Positions 26,096-34,740 of a stretch of 64,000 bases of DNA are shown one piece after another. The stretch spans positions 90,624-154,623 of the forward strand of contig NZ_CBDBZT010000002.1 of NCBI RefSeq assembly GCF_965213655.1, written 5' to 3'. Position numbers and translations under genes: made by a program. Below the pieces are notes generated by a model. The model saw nothing but the letters and a program-made list of their open reading frames with translations. It was not told where the DNA came from and ran no database searches. The DNA is from Candidatus Palauibacter sp. GTDB lineage: Bacteria; Gemmatimonadota; Gemmatimonadetes; Palauibacterales; Palauibacteraceae. The stretch's first letter is position 1, and the number at the start of each line of letters is the position of its first letter.

Positions 26096-26854
26096 ATGCC
26101 GAGCATCGAGCAGGAGACGCCGGAGACATGTGAGCTCGTCCTGAAGGGCTTTCGCTTCCCGAGGAAGCTGTCGAACAGTAAGGCGAACTTCCGGTTCGTC
26201 GTCGACCTGAGATTCATCGATGAAAGGAAGAACTTCGACAGCGAGCACGCCGTCATGCCCAGCCTGGACACATTCTGGGAGTGCGATACGAACCGTCAGG
26301 ACAGGCCGAACTTCGTGCGCGATGTATCTCAGGAGGCCCGGACGGCCGCCTTCGCCCGCTTCGATATGGGGAGGGTCGATTCGTGGGACGCGCTGATCCT
26401 CGGTGTCAGGGCGAAGGGCCTGCATTCGGTCCAGTTCAAGGTGATCGACGTCAATCGGGCGGACGCGTGGGACTGGGTGAAGGGGATTCTGGGCGGGATC
26501 ATGGAGTCGCTGAAACTGCAGGCGAAGCGGACGATCGAGGCGACGCTCAAGGGTGATGGGGAGGATGAGACCGAGCAGGTGGTCGACAAGACGCTCGTGT
26601 CGGGGTCGATCGGAGGCGCGGCGGCGGACCTGCGATCGTTTACCCTCAAGCGGCTCGCCCGCGGCGGCAAGGTCCTGTACCGGGGATCCGCGAGATTCGA
26701 GAACGGTGTGTGGGACGGCGACGACTTCGTGCCGAAGGACTACAGTGGCGCTGCGTCCGAAGGCCCGTGGGTCGTACAGGGAAAGGGCACGGAAGGGGAC
26801 TACGAAATCCGGCTCGCCGTGAGGGATGCGATGCCGCCAGGTGTTCTCTGGTGA
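26096..26854 (+). CDS. Hypothetical protein (252 aa), no recognisable domain
   Basis: ORF tightly coupled to 25835-26092. By eye its GC content is somewhat lower than that of the neighbours. Confidence 0.6.
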   Translation: MPSIEQETPETCELVLKGFRFPRKLSNSKANFRFVVDLRFIDERKNFDSEHAVMPSLDTFWECDTNRQDRPNFVRDVSQEARTAAFARFDMGRVDSWDALILGVRAKGLHSVQFKVIDVNRADAWDWVKGILGGIMESLKLQAKRTIEATLKGDGEDETEQVVDKTLVSGSIGGAAADLRSFTLKRLARGGKVLYRGSARFENGVWDGDDFVPKDYSGAASEGPWVVQGKGTEGDYEIRLAVRDAMPPGVLW

Positions 26855-27033
26855 GGCCGACCATCCGTGTGACCCGGCAAGCGGATCTGTCGTCTGGCGG
26901 GGGAAGGCCGACGCCCAACGACAACTCGACCTAGTGTTCGGGGCGACGAGCTTCGAGAATGGGGGTGGGAGGGCCGCCGCCCCGAGCTCGGCGGTCGGCC
27001 GCCGGCTTACGCATTCGCATGGAGGGAGACGCC

Positions 27034-27798
27034 ATGTCTGCAGGTCGTTATTCCGCGCTCGCCGCTGCCAGTATCGCGATCCTGGTCATCACGCTGACGG
27101 CCGCTCCGCTCGGCGCGCAGACGACCATCGGCCTCAGGGCCGGCATCGGCTCCGCCACCCTGTCCGGGGATGGATCGGCAGCCCCAACGGGCACCACGTT
27201 CGAAGACTCCAGGTCGGGGGTCGTGCTGGGGATCGACGCGGGGATCCCGCTGAGCGGCCCCCTGGGTGTCCGCATCGGCATGGGGCTGGCCCAGAAGGGT
27301 GGCGCCGCGGGCCTACCGGCGTCGATCACAACGGGCAGGCTGAACACCCAGTCGATTGCCCAGATGGACTACCTGCAATTCTCCGCGCTTCTTCGCGCGA
27401 GTTCCGACGCCGAAGGGGGGAATCTCAACTTCGGCATCCTCGTTGGGCCGTACGTGGGCCTCAACCTCTCGTGCAACGTGGCGCTGTCGACGGCCCAGGG
27501 TCGGGATACCGGCCCTCCCGTCCCTCCGGGGATTCCCAATCGGGTCTCTGCGGGTCAGGTGGGGCGGACGAGCGTCGCGCAGGACACGAAACTGGAATGC
27601 GGCGAGGACGGGACCAGCGAAGTCACGTCGAGCGACTTCGGACTGGCCTTCGGCGGAGGTTTCGAGGTGAAGCTCTCCGATTCGATGAGCCTGGGATTCG
27701 AGCTGATCTACGCCATGGGTCTCTCCGAAATCGACGATGACGGGCAGAAAAACCGCCAGGTATTGTTTCAGAGCGGGCTCATGTTCGCGATCGGATGA
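27034..27798 (+). CDS. Outer-membrane beta-barrel protein (porin-family/OmpA-like barrel)
   Basis: RBS GGAGGGA. Signal peptide (ILVITLTAAPLGAQT), alternating beta-strand pattern, and the C-terminal LFQSGLMFAIG. Confidence 0.8.
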   Translation: MSAGRYSALAAASIAILVITLTAAPLGAQTTIGLRAGIGSATLSGDGSAAPTGTTFEDSRSGVVLGIDAGIPLSGPLGVRIGMGLAQKGGAAGLPASITTGRLNTQSIAQMDYLQFSALLRASSDAEGGNLNFGILVGPYVGLNLSCNVALSTAQGRDTGPPVPPGIPNRVSAGQVGRTSVAQDTKLECGEDGTSEVTSSDFGLAFGGGFEVKLSDSMSLGFELIYAMGLSEIDDDGQKNRQVLFQSGLMFAIG

Positions 27799-28517
27799 AC
27801 GTCCCGCCCCCTGCAGTCCTGCGAATCCGTGTCGGACTTGTCGCAACGCTGATCCTCACGCTGGCGGCCGCGCCACTCGGCGCGCAGACGACCCTCGGGC
27901 TCCGGGGCGGCCTCAGCACCGCAACCTGGTCCGGTGACGAGCGAGGACTCCACGGAAGGGAGGGAGGATCCAGATCCGGGATCGTGTCGGGGATCGATCT
28001 CGGGATCCCCCTGGGCGGCATGCTGGATCTACGCCTCGGCCTGGGGCTGGCCCAGAAGGGCGGCGGCACGGACCCGCCGCCGTCGATCACCGCCGGACGG
28101 TCATTCCTCGCCGCGACGGCCGAGCTGGACTACCTGCAACTCTCCACGCTGCTTCGTGTCGGCACGGAGACCAACCGGGGGCTTCTCGACCTGGGCATCC
28201 TCGCGGGGCCGTATGTGGCCTTCAACTACTCGTGCGAGGTGTTGATGCGGGCCACTCATCCTCCGGATGGATCCGGTTTCAGGCACATGAGGATCCCCCC
28301 GGACGTGAGCGCGTCGTGCAGCGAGGCCGACGGAACGGGGGTCAGCTCCACCGACTTCGGGCTGGCCCTCGGCGCGGCGTTCGACGTCAAGCTGCACGAT
28401 TCGGTCGCTCTCGCGCTCGACGTGATCTACGGATTCGGTTTCACCGATATCGATGATTTCGGAACCCGGAATCGTCACCTGGCCATCCAGAGCGGGCTCG
28501 TGTTCGTAATCGGGTGA
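27795..28517 (+). CDS. Outer-membrane beta-barrel protein, tandem paralogue
   Basis: ATGA overlap with the preceding gene. Same architecture: signal LILTLAAAPLGAQT ... C-terminal AIQSGLVFVIG. Confidence 0.8.
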   Translation: MNVPPPAVLRIRVGLVATLILTLAAAPLGAQTTLGLRGGLSTATWSGDERGLHGREGGSRSGIVSGIDLGIPLGGMLDLRLGLGLAQKGGGTDPPPSITAGRSFLAATAELDYLQLSTLLRVGTETNRGLLDLGILAGPYVAFNYSCEVLMRATHPPDGSGFRHMRIPPDVSASCSEADGTGVSSTDFGLALGAAFDVKLHDSVALALDVIYGFGFTDIDDFGTRNRHLAIQSGLVFVIG

Positions 28518-28617
28518 GCCTTCAGTCGTCGGAATCGAAGTCGGCGGGGCCCAGGTTGCACAGGACCAGGAAACCGAGGAAGACCAGAACGACGCCAAGG
28601 GATCCCACAGGTCTTTA

Positions 28618-29025
28618 GTGAGGAATCGTCGTCGCTCCGGGCTCGCCGCGTTCGTCGTCGTCCTGGCCCTGCTTTCGGGCGGGTGCTCCATGCTGTTCAT
28701 GCGACGGCCGCCCAGGGCCGAGGGGCCCCTGGCATCTGGCGACTGTACGCGAAGCGTCGCGGCTCCCGTCATCGATGGACTGGTCGGAGTGGGCCACCTC
28801 GGACAGGCCGCGGCGATCTGGGGGGACACGCGCGCCGACTTCGACAGCGAGAAAGCCTACGACAGGTTCCGGCTCGGCTCCGCCGCTCTCGCGGGCGCGT
28901 TCGTCGTCTCCGCGGTCCACGGGCTCAAATGGAGCGCGGAATGCAGGCGCCGGAGCACGCTGAGCGAGCAGGCGATTCGCGACCACCTCCGCGTGCTCGC
29001 GGCCCGGCAGCGGGGCGAGCGGTAA
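28618..29025 (+). CDS. Lipoprotein (135 aa)
   Basis: Lipobox LALLSGGC near the N-terminus. Confidence 0.65.
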   Translation: MRNRRRSGLAAFVVVLALLSGGCSMLFMRRPPRAEGPLASGDCTRSVAAPVIDGLVGVGHLGQAAAIWGDTRADFDSEKAYDRFRLGSAALAGAFVVSAVHGLKWSAECRRRSTLSEQAIRDHLRVLAARQRGER

Positions 29026-29062
29026 GCGGCCCGCGGCAAAGCCCCGCCGCGTTCGAGCGGCG

Positions 29063-29902
29063 CTACCGCCGCTCCAGCACGCAGTACCGGTACAGCTTCA
29101 GCGTCTCGCGCCAGTCCTCCGGGTACGCCGCCACCATGTCACCCAACCCGTACTCCTCCGCCAACTCCGCGAACGACCCCGACTCGGCCACCTGGAACGG
29201 CGCCTGCTTCTCGAACACCGTCAGGTCGGGGAAACCGGTGGGGAACGAGGCATTCATCGCCCTCTCCACCCCTTCGAGCCGCTTGCGGTCCTCGTCGGTG
29301 TCGAACTCGCGGTTCTGCAGGTCCACCGAAAAGTAGTCGAAGGCGATGCGGAGCGACGGCAGCGCGCTCGCGAGCCGGTTCAGGAACGGCATGATGCTCT
29401 CGGGGGGCAGGTACATCGTGTTGCCTTCCCAGACCAACAGCGTGGGCGCCGCCAGGTCGAAGCCGAGATCGGCCAGGCCGCCGGGAACGTCGGCCTCCAG
29501 GTAGTTGGCGAAGAGCGACGGCGGCTGTTCGATCCCGTTGTCTGACAGGATCTGGCGCTTGAATTCGAGGACCGCCTTCTGGTCTACCTCGAAGAAGGCG
29601 ACGTCCATGTCGTGGTAGTGGTGGGCGCGCATGTCGAAGCCGCCCCCGAGCAGCACGACCTGGCGGGCCCCGTCCACGATCCCGCGCTCCACGAACCGGT
29701 TGAAGTAGCGGGTGCGGAAACGGACCATCGTGGTCGAGGGCGGAAACGCCGCCTCCAGTTGCCGGGCAGCCGTGCGGGCCCGGTCGGTCGAAAACCACGG
29801 GGCATAGGGATCGTTGAAGAGCCGCTGCGGCTTTTCGGGCTCGAGGGCCCGAATCGAGGCGATGACGAAGGCGGTCGCACCGATTTCGTTGATATCGATC
29901 AT
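29063..29902 (-). CDS. Class I SAM-dependent O-methyltransferase (leucine carboxyl methyltransferase-like family)
   Basis: 279 aa: GATAFVIASIRALE...RTRYFNRFVERGIVDGARQVVLLGGGFDMRA...PTLLVWEGNTMYL. Confidence 0.8.
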   Translation of the reverse strand: MIDINEIGATAFVIASIRALEPEKPQRLFNDPYAPWFSTDRARTAARQLEAAFPPSTTMVRFRTRYFNRFVERGIVDGARQVVLLGGGFDMRAHHYHDMDVAFFEVDQKAVLEFKRQILSDNGIEQPPSLFANYLEADVPGGLADLGFDLAAPTLLVWEGNTMYLPPESIMPFLNRLASALPSLRIAFDYFSVDLQNREFDTDEDRKRLEGVERAMNASFPTGFPDLTVFEKQAPFQVAESGSFAELAEEYGLGDMVAAYPEDWRETLKLYRYCVLERR

Positions 29903-30079
29903 GGCTCAGGGCTTGGGAGATGAAAGGAAGTGACGTGTATGGTCGCGCGGACGGAAAGTAGCCGTCACCAAGTGGCCATCATAGCACGAACGCAGGAGGT
30001 CCCGGCACGCTCCGGGGGTGGATCTCGTTCCTGTCGCCGTCTATGCTGATACGAGATATACACTTGCAGGAGGAGAGCC

Positions 30080-30277
30080 GTGGGTAACGCGATCAAGACG
30101 ATGTTCGGCTCCAAGAAATTCCTCGTCGCCCTTGGCACGGTGATCCTGATCGTGCTCGAGGATGTCGGCGTCCCGATCCCGGAAGAGGTGGTCGTACCGC
30201 TGGTGGCGTACGTCATCGCCCAGGGCATCGCCGACGTCGGGAAAGAGCGGGTCAAGGCGGAGCAGGGAAACTCCTGA
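30080..30277 (+). CDS. Small membrane protein (65 aa, holin-like composition)
   Basis: AGGAGGAG RBS and a GTG start. Sequence is GNAIKTMFGSKKFLVALGTVILIVLEDVG...VAYVIAQGIADVGKERV. It sits in a low-GC patch at the breakpoint of the P450 gene. Confidence 0.45.
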   Translation: MGNAIKTMFGSKKFLVALGTVILIVLEDVGVPIPEEVVVPLVAYVIAQGIADVGKERVKAEQGNS

Positions 30278-30283
30278 CAGTCG

Positions 30284-31476
30284 TCCATGAGATCCTGCGT
30301 ATCGACGCCGATGAACAGCGGTGAAAGCTGGGCGTTGACCAGCGCCCGGCACATGGACGTGGCGCGGTAGGAGTCCCCAACCTTCAAGCTCGCCATGTAC
30401 GCGCGGCCCTTGTCGTAGAGCTGATCCATCTGCCCTCCCAGCCTCACCTGGGAATAGGCCGGCGCCAGGAACTTGCGAAGCCGGAAGTGATCGGCGCCGT
30501 CCAGGGCGGGGAGGACGCCGGCCGCACCGTACACCTTCTCGAAGTCGCTGAAGTAGTCCCTGGTTCTCAGGTACGAGCGCCCGTGCTTGTGCACCCAGCG
30601 GTTCGTCTCGAGTCCGGCCAGGAAGGTCATGGGCTCCGCCAAGGGAGGGCGGATACGGAACACCGGGCCGTACTCCTCCGCGAGGTGCCCGAACAAGGCG
30701 TTCAGGTTGCCGTCTCGAACATGCGGGTTGGCCAGCAGCCTGGGCAGCGGGACCGTCGGAATCTTCTTGGCAAGAGCAGAATGTCTACGGATCGGGCCGA
30801 CGGCGTTCCGAGAGACCGCATCGGCAATGGACCGGCCGATCAAGTCCATCTGGCAGATGTACTTGATGCGCTCCTCCACCTCTTCATCGAGTTGGAAGAT
30901 CAGGCGAAAGACGTCGCACGTGTTGACGAGGCATACGATGACGACGTCTCTGGGGTCGGGAATCTCGTCGGCGAAGAGAACCTTGCCGATGCGCGCCTTG
31001 ATGAACTGGTCGGGCGTACCTTGTGCAGATATCCCGTACGCTTGCGCATGCAAGACGGTGGGAGCCAGCGTCCAGAATTCACCATCATGGTGTTCGAGGA
31101 TCCCCCGTTCAACAAGGCGCTCCAGAGTGAGGTCGATGATCGACTCCGCACGGGGGGCGAGCCTTTCGACCCAGTACCGGGCAGTGCGTTGGCCCGGTTC
31201 GTCCACGACTTCCTTCAGGATGGGGTCCAGGAGGGGATCGCCCGTTTCGGTCGGGTCCACGACGAACAGGGATGCCAGGTCCGAGTCGAGCCGCGACCGG
31301 AAGGAGAGTTCCGCCAGCACTCCGCCGACGACGGCGCAATTCAGTTGCCAGCCGGGTACCTGATGGAAGTAACCGCCCTTCTCGTCGAGAAGCATCAGGA
31401 TGAGTTCGTCGATCAGGCTCAGGGGTTCAGCCGTCGAACTCTCCGCGCTCTCCACCGCCTTCGCCGTGTCAGTCAT
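30284..31476 (-). pseudogene. GPP34/GOLPH3-like domain fused to a cytochrome P450 N-terminal region, 3'-truncated
   Basis: Start MTDTAKAVES (ATG 31476). GPP34-like LSLIDELILMLLDEKGGYF... is followed by P450-like ...EEYGPVFRIRPPLAEPMTFLAGLETNRWVHKH...GADHFRLRKFLAPAYS. Similarity stops at about 30284, before any heme-Cys motif. The ORF then runs on as antisense of 30080-30277. Confidence 0.6.
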
Positions 31477-31618
31477 CGGTTCTCGTCTCGCCACAGCGGA
31501 TGGAGCTGTCCCGCTTTCACGGACGGTTAGTTTCTGTGGTTGATCGTCTCGGGCTCTTCTCCTTTCGGCCTCTCTCAGGCGCTCGGGAGAGGACGTCCGT
31601 GCGCGCCGCCGGTGCGCC

Positions 31619-32515
31619 TCAGGCCGCATGGTTCCTCTCGTAGTCTGCCGGCGACTCGTAGCCGAGTGCGGAGTGCAGCCGCCGGGTGTTGTAGAAGCCC
31701 TCGATGAAGCCGAAGACCTCCCGTCGCGCCTCGTCCGCCGTGCGGAAGGAGCGCTTCCAGATCAGCTCGCACTCGAGCGTCGCGAAGAACGACTCGCACA
31801 TGGCGTTGTCGTACGCATCGCCCGCCGAGCCCATGGACTGGGCGATGCCCGACTCGCGACAGCGCTCCCCGAAGGCGAGCGAGGTGTACTGCGAGCCCCT
31901 GTCGGAGTGATGGACGATGCGCCCCCGGGGACGACGGCGCGCGAGGGCCATCGACAGCGCGGCCTCGACGAGTTCGGTCCGCATGTGCGTCGCCATGGCC
32001 CAGCCGACGACGCGACGGCTCCAGACGTCGAGCACAACGGCCAGGTACAGCCAGCCCGCCCAAGTGGGCACATACGTGATGTCGGCCACCCACAGCTCGT
32101 CGGGCCCGGAGGCCGAGAAGTCCCGCCTCACCAGGTCCGGCGCGGGCCGGGCCTCGGTGTCCCTCTTCGTCGTCGCCGTCTTGAAACGCCGCCTGGTCGC
32201 GCCCTCGATCCCCAAGCCCCTCATCAGCCGCCCCACGCGCTTCTGGCCCACCCGCTCGCCCTCGGCCCTGAGCGTCGCGTGGATCCGCGGACGGCCGTAC
32301 GTCTCGCCGCTCCCGGTCCAGATCGCCCCGATCCGCGCCTCGAGTTGCGCGTCCCGCCGCGCGCGGTCCGAGGCAGGACGCTTGAGCCAGTCGTAGTAGC
32401 CGCTGGGGGAGAGACCCAGCACCCGGCACATGGCCCGAAGCGGAAACTCGGCCCGGTGCGCCTTCATGAACGCGTACCCCCGCCGGGGATCGATCCGCTC
32501 TCCTGCGCGGGGCAC
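31619..32515 (-). CDS. IS3-family transposase OrfB
   Basis: Protein identical to 10169-11065. Confidence 0.9.
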   Translation of the reverse strand: MPRAGERIDPRRGYAFMKAHRAEFPLRAMCRVLGLSPSGYYDWLKRPASDRARRDAQLEARIGAIWTGSGETYGRPRIHATLRAEGERVGQKRVGRLMRGLGIEGATRRRFKTATTKRDTEARPAPDLVRRDFSASGPDELWVADITYVPTWAGWLYLAVVLDVWSRRVVGWAMATHMRTELVEAALSMALARRRPRGRIVHHSDRGSQYTSLAFGERCRESGIAQSMGSAGDAYDNAMCESFFATLECELIWKRSFRTADEARREVFGFIEGFYNTRRLHSALGYESPADYERNHAA

Positions 32516-32531
32516 CGCCGCGCAGCGGTGG

Positions 32532-32798
32532 TCAGGCCGCGGCTTTTTTTAGGATGTCCCGCTCCATCCTGAGCCGCTTGTTCTCACGCTCCAGGCGCCG
32601 CAGTTCGTTGCGCGCCTCCGTCGTCAGCCCGTCGCTACGGAACCCCTCGTCCACGTCCGCCCGCCGGACCCAGTTCCGGATCGTCTGCTCCGACGGATCG
32701 AACTCCCGGGCGAGTGACGCGGCGCTACGCCCGCTCCTCGCCAGTTCCACCAGCCGCTCCCTGTACTCGGACGGATACCGCCCCTGCCGGCCCGCCAT
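32532..32798 (-). CDS. IS3-family transposase OrfA
   Basis: Protein identical to 11082-11348. Confidence 0.9.
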   Translation of the reverse strand: MAGRQGRYPSEYRERLVELARSGRSAASLAREFDPSEQTIRNWVRRADVDEGFRSDGLTTEARNELRRLERENKRLRMERDILKKAAA

Positions 32799-32856
32799 AG
32801 GACACCTCCTTGCTTGACCCCAATGGATAGGTGTCCGTCAAAGCGGGGCAACTCCA

Positions 32857-33330
32857 AACCTCGCTGGCGCAGTCATCGAAGAGAAGCTCAAGGAATGCAC
32901 GGTAACCGCCGTCTCCCTCGCCTTGGCCTACGCTGGTCTCGACTTGGCGGAACAATCGGAACCCGGAGCTGTTGTCGCCTTCCGACAAACACTTCGGCAC
33001 CAAATCGCGACCCTCCAGAACCTTTAGTGCCGCTAGTCGGTTGAGCTGCGTGAACGCGGCCTTGAGGATGAACGTCTCCAGCGCACTGGTATCGGCTCCG
33101 CTCCCCGTGGTGTGGTGCTGTTCGTGCTCAATCTCCTGCAGGATCTCCTTGCGACGCCGACGCAGTTCGGAGCTTTCCGTCAACGGAGGGACGTCCTCCA
33201 TCGGAAGAACTCTTCCGTCCTGCGGAAGGATGCCAAACGTGCTCTCGAGTTGCTCCTCGGTGCTCGCTACGAGCTGCTCGCGCAGGGCAACGACGGTCCG
33301 ACGGAGTGCGTTCCGAAGATCTTGTTCCAT
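32857..33330 (-). pseudogene. N-terminal fragment of a large Eco57I/PglX-type (type IIG/BREX-like) methyltransferase-family gene, cut by IS3 copy 2
   Basis: MEQDLRNALRRTVVALREQL...ETFILKAAFTQLNRLAALKVLEGRDLV resembles the N-terminal helix motif (AYTWFNRL.ALR) of that family, as I recall it. The native frame ends at the IS edge. Confidence 0.4.
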
Positions 33331-33383
33331 AGGATCAAGGCTCTGTGGATCGACGAGTGAGATGTGAGGGGATCAGATCGAAA

Positions 33384-33596
33384 TCAGATGGCAAGGCTAT
33401 CCTCCAGGTTGTGGGCGATGGCGAGGCTCTTGTCGGTGCGGCACTTCTCGTGCACACGCTCGGGCCAGTAGCGCAGGGCGAGATGAGCCCAGTCGTAGTT
33501 TCCCTTCTCGAGCTTCTTCCACACGTTCTCGGGCTCGTCCCACGGAACCACCGCGTGAAGCGGTGCCAGGTTGATCACCCTCTCTGCCAACCTCGG
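33384..33596 (-). pseudogene. C-terminal fragment of an upstream gene, cut by the second IS3-family element
   Basis: ...INLAPLHAVVPWDEPENVWKKLEKGNYDWAHLALRYWPERVHEKCRTDKSLAIAHNLED*. I recall this tail from large methyltransferase/restriction fusion proteins, but that is unverified. The 5' part is replaced by IS sequence at 33597. Confidence 0.35.
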
Positions 33597-33649
33597 TGAG
33601 GCATTCGCTACCTTGGAGATTACTGAAGGAGGGCGAAGGGTGGAGAACG

Positions 33650-34135
33650 ATGGACGGAGAGAGGAATGGGATGACATCGTCGAAGATGGAGGAGGTGACC
33701 CCGGGACGCGAGGAGCGTAGCGACGAGCGGCACGGGGTCACGGCCGCGGCCCGCCCGCCGGCGCCGGATCCGGAGGTTGCGGCGAAGGCGACGAGGCGGC
33801 GCTTCACCGCGGCGTACAAGCTGTCGATCGTTGAGGAGGCGGACGCCTGCGAGACGCCGGGGGAGATTGGAGCGTTGCTGCGGCGCGAGGGACTGTACAG
33901 TTCGCACCTCTCGATGTGGAGGAAGGCGGCGCGGGAGGGGTCGCTGCGGGGGCTGGCGAAGAGACGCGGACCGAAGCCCTCGGGCGGGAAGCGGGAGGCG
34001 AGGAAGGTGCAGACGCTGGAGCGGGAGGTTGCGCGGTTGCGCGAGGAACTCCGCAAGGCGCGCATCATCATCGATGTCCAGGGAAAAGTTGCGGGGCTGC
34101 TGGGCGTGAGCCCCGGGGACGGGAAGCGCTCTTGA
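33650..34135 (+). CDS. IS3-family transposase OrfA
   Basis: RRRFTAAYKLSIVEEADACETPGEIGALLRREGLYSSHLSMWRKAAREG plus a leucine zipper (LEREVARLREELRKARIIIDVQ). The start codon choice is uncertain. Confidence 0.8.
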   Translation: MDGERNGMTSSKMEEVTPGREERSDERHGVTAAARPPAPDPEVAAKATRRRFTAAYKLSIVEEADACETPGEIGALLRREGLYSSHLSMWRKAAREGSLRGLAKRRGPKPSGGKREARKVQTLEREVARLREELRKARIIIDVQGKVAGLLGVSPGDGKRS

Positions 34136-34680
34136 GCGCGGCCGGAGGCTTGGCCGGGCACGTGGGCGTACGCGCGGCGTGCGAGGCCCTCGGGGTCGCG
34201 CGCGCCACGTTCTACCGTCGCCGGAGGCCGAAGACCGGGCAGCGGCAGCCCCGGCCGGCTCCTGCCCGGGCCCTGGACGCGACGGAGCGGGCGGAGGTCT
34301 TCCGTGTGCTGTGCTCGCCGCGCTTCGCCGACCGCGCGCCGGCGGAAGTGTACGCGACGCTGCTGGACGAGGGCGTCTATCTGTGTTCGGAGCGGACGAT
34401 GTACCGGATCCTGGCCGGGAAGGAGGCGGTTCGGGAGCGGCGGGCGCAGCGCAGCCATCCCAACCACCCGAAGCCCGAGGTGGTGGCCAGGGCACCCAAC
34501 GAGGTGTGGTCCTGGGACATCACCCGGCTGCTGGGGCCGGAGAAGTGGCGGTACTTCCATCTGTACGTGATCCTGGACATCTACAGCCGCTACGCCACCG
34601 GATGGATGGTGGCGGAGCGGGAGACCGCGGGGCTGGCCGGACACTTGATCGGGGAGACGTGTCTCAAGCACGGTGTGCGG
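34080..34680 (+). pseudogene. IS3-family transposase OrfB, 5' part (-1 frame relative to orfA), interrupted
   Basis: ...VRAACEALGVARATFYRRRRP...PNEVWSWDITRLLGPEKWRYFHLYVILDIYSRYATGWMVAERETAGLAGHLIGETCLKHGVR, then IS256. Confidence 0.8.
34633..34679 (+). repeat. 47-48 bp direct duplication of orfB sequence flanking the nested IS256 pair (second copy at 37351-37397)
   Basis: ctggccggacacttgatcggggagacgtgtctcaagcacggtgtgcg(g) occurs on both sides of the insertion. Confidence 0.9.
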
Positions 34681-34740
34681 GGAGTGTGCTGATTTCTGTG
34701 TAAATGGCCATGGAGTAGACTCTGGAAGCGGGAGGAGACC

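Larger units (their letters stand above)
31501..32856 (-). mobile_element. IS3-family insertion sequence, copy 2 (1356 bp)
   Basis: Same ends and ORFs as copy 1. No target-site duplication (flanks ...gcgga / aacct...). Confidence 0.92.
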
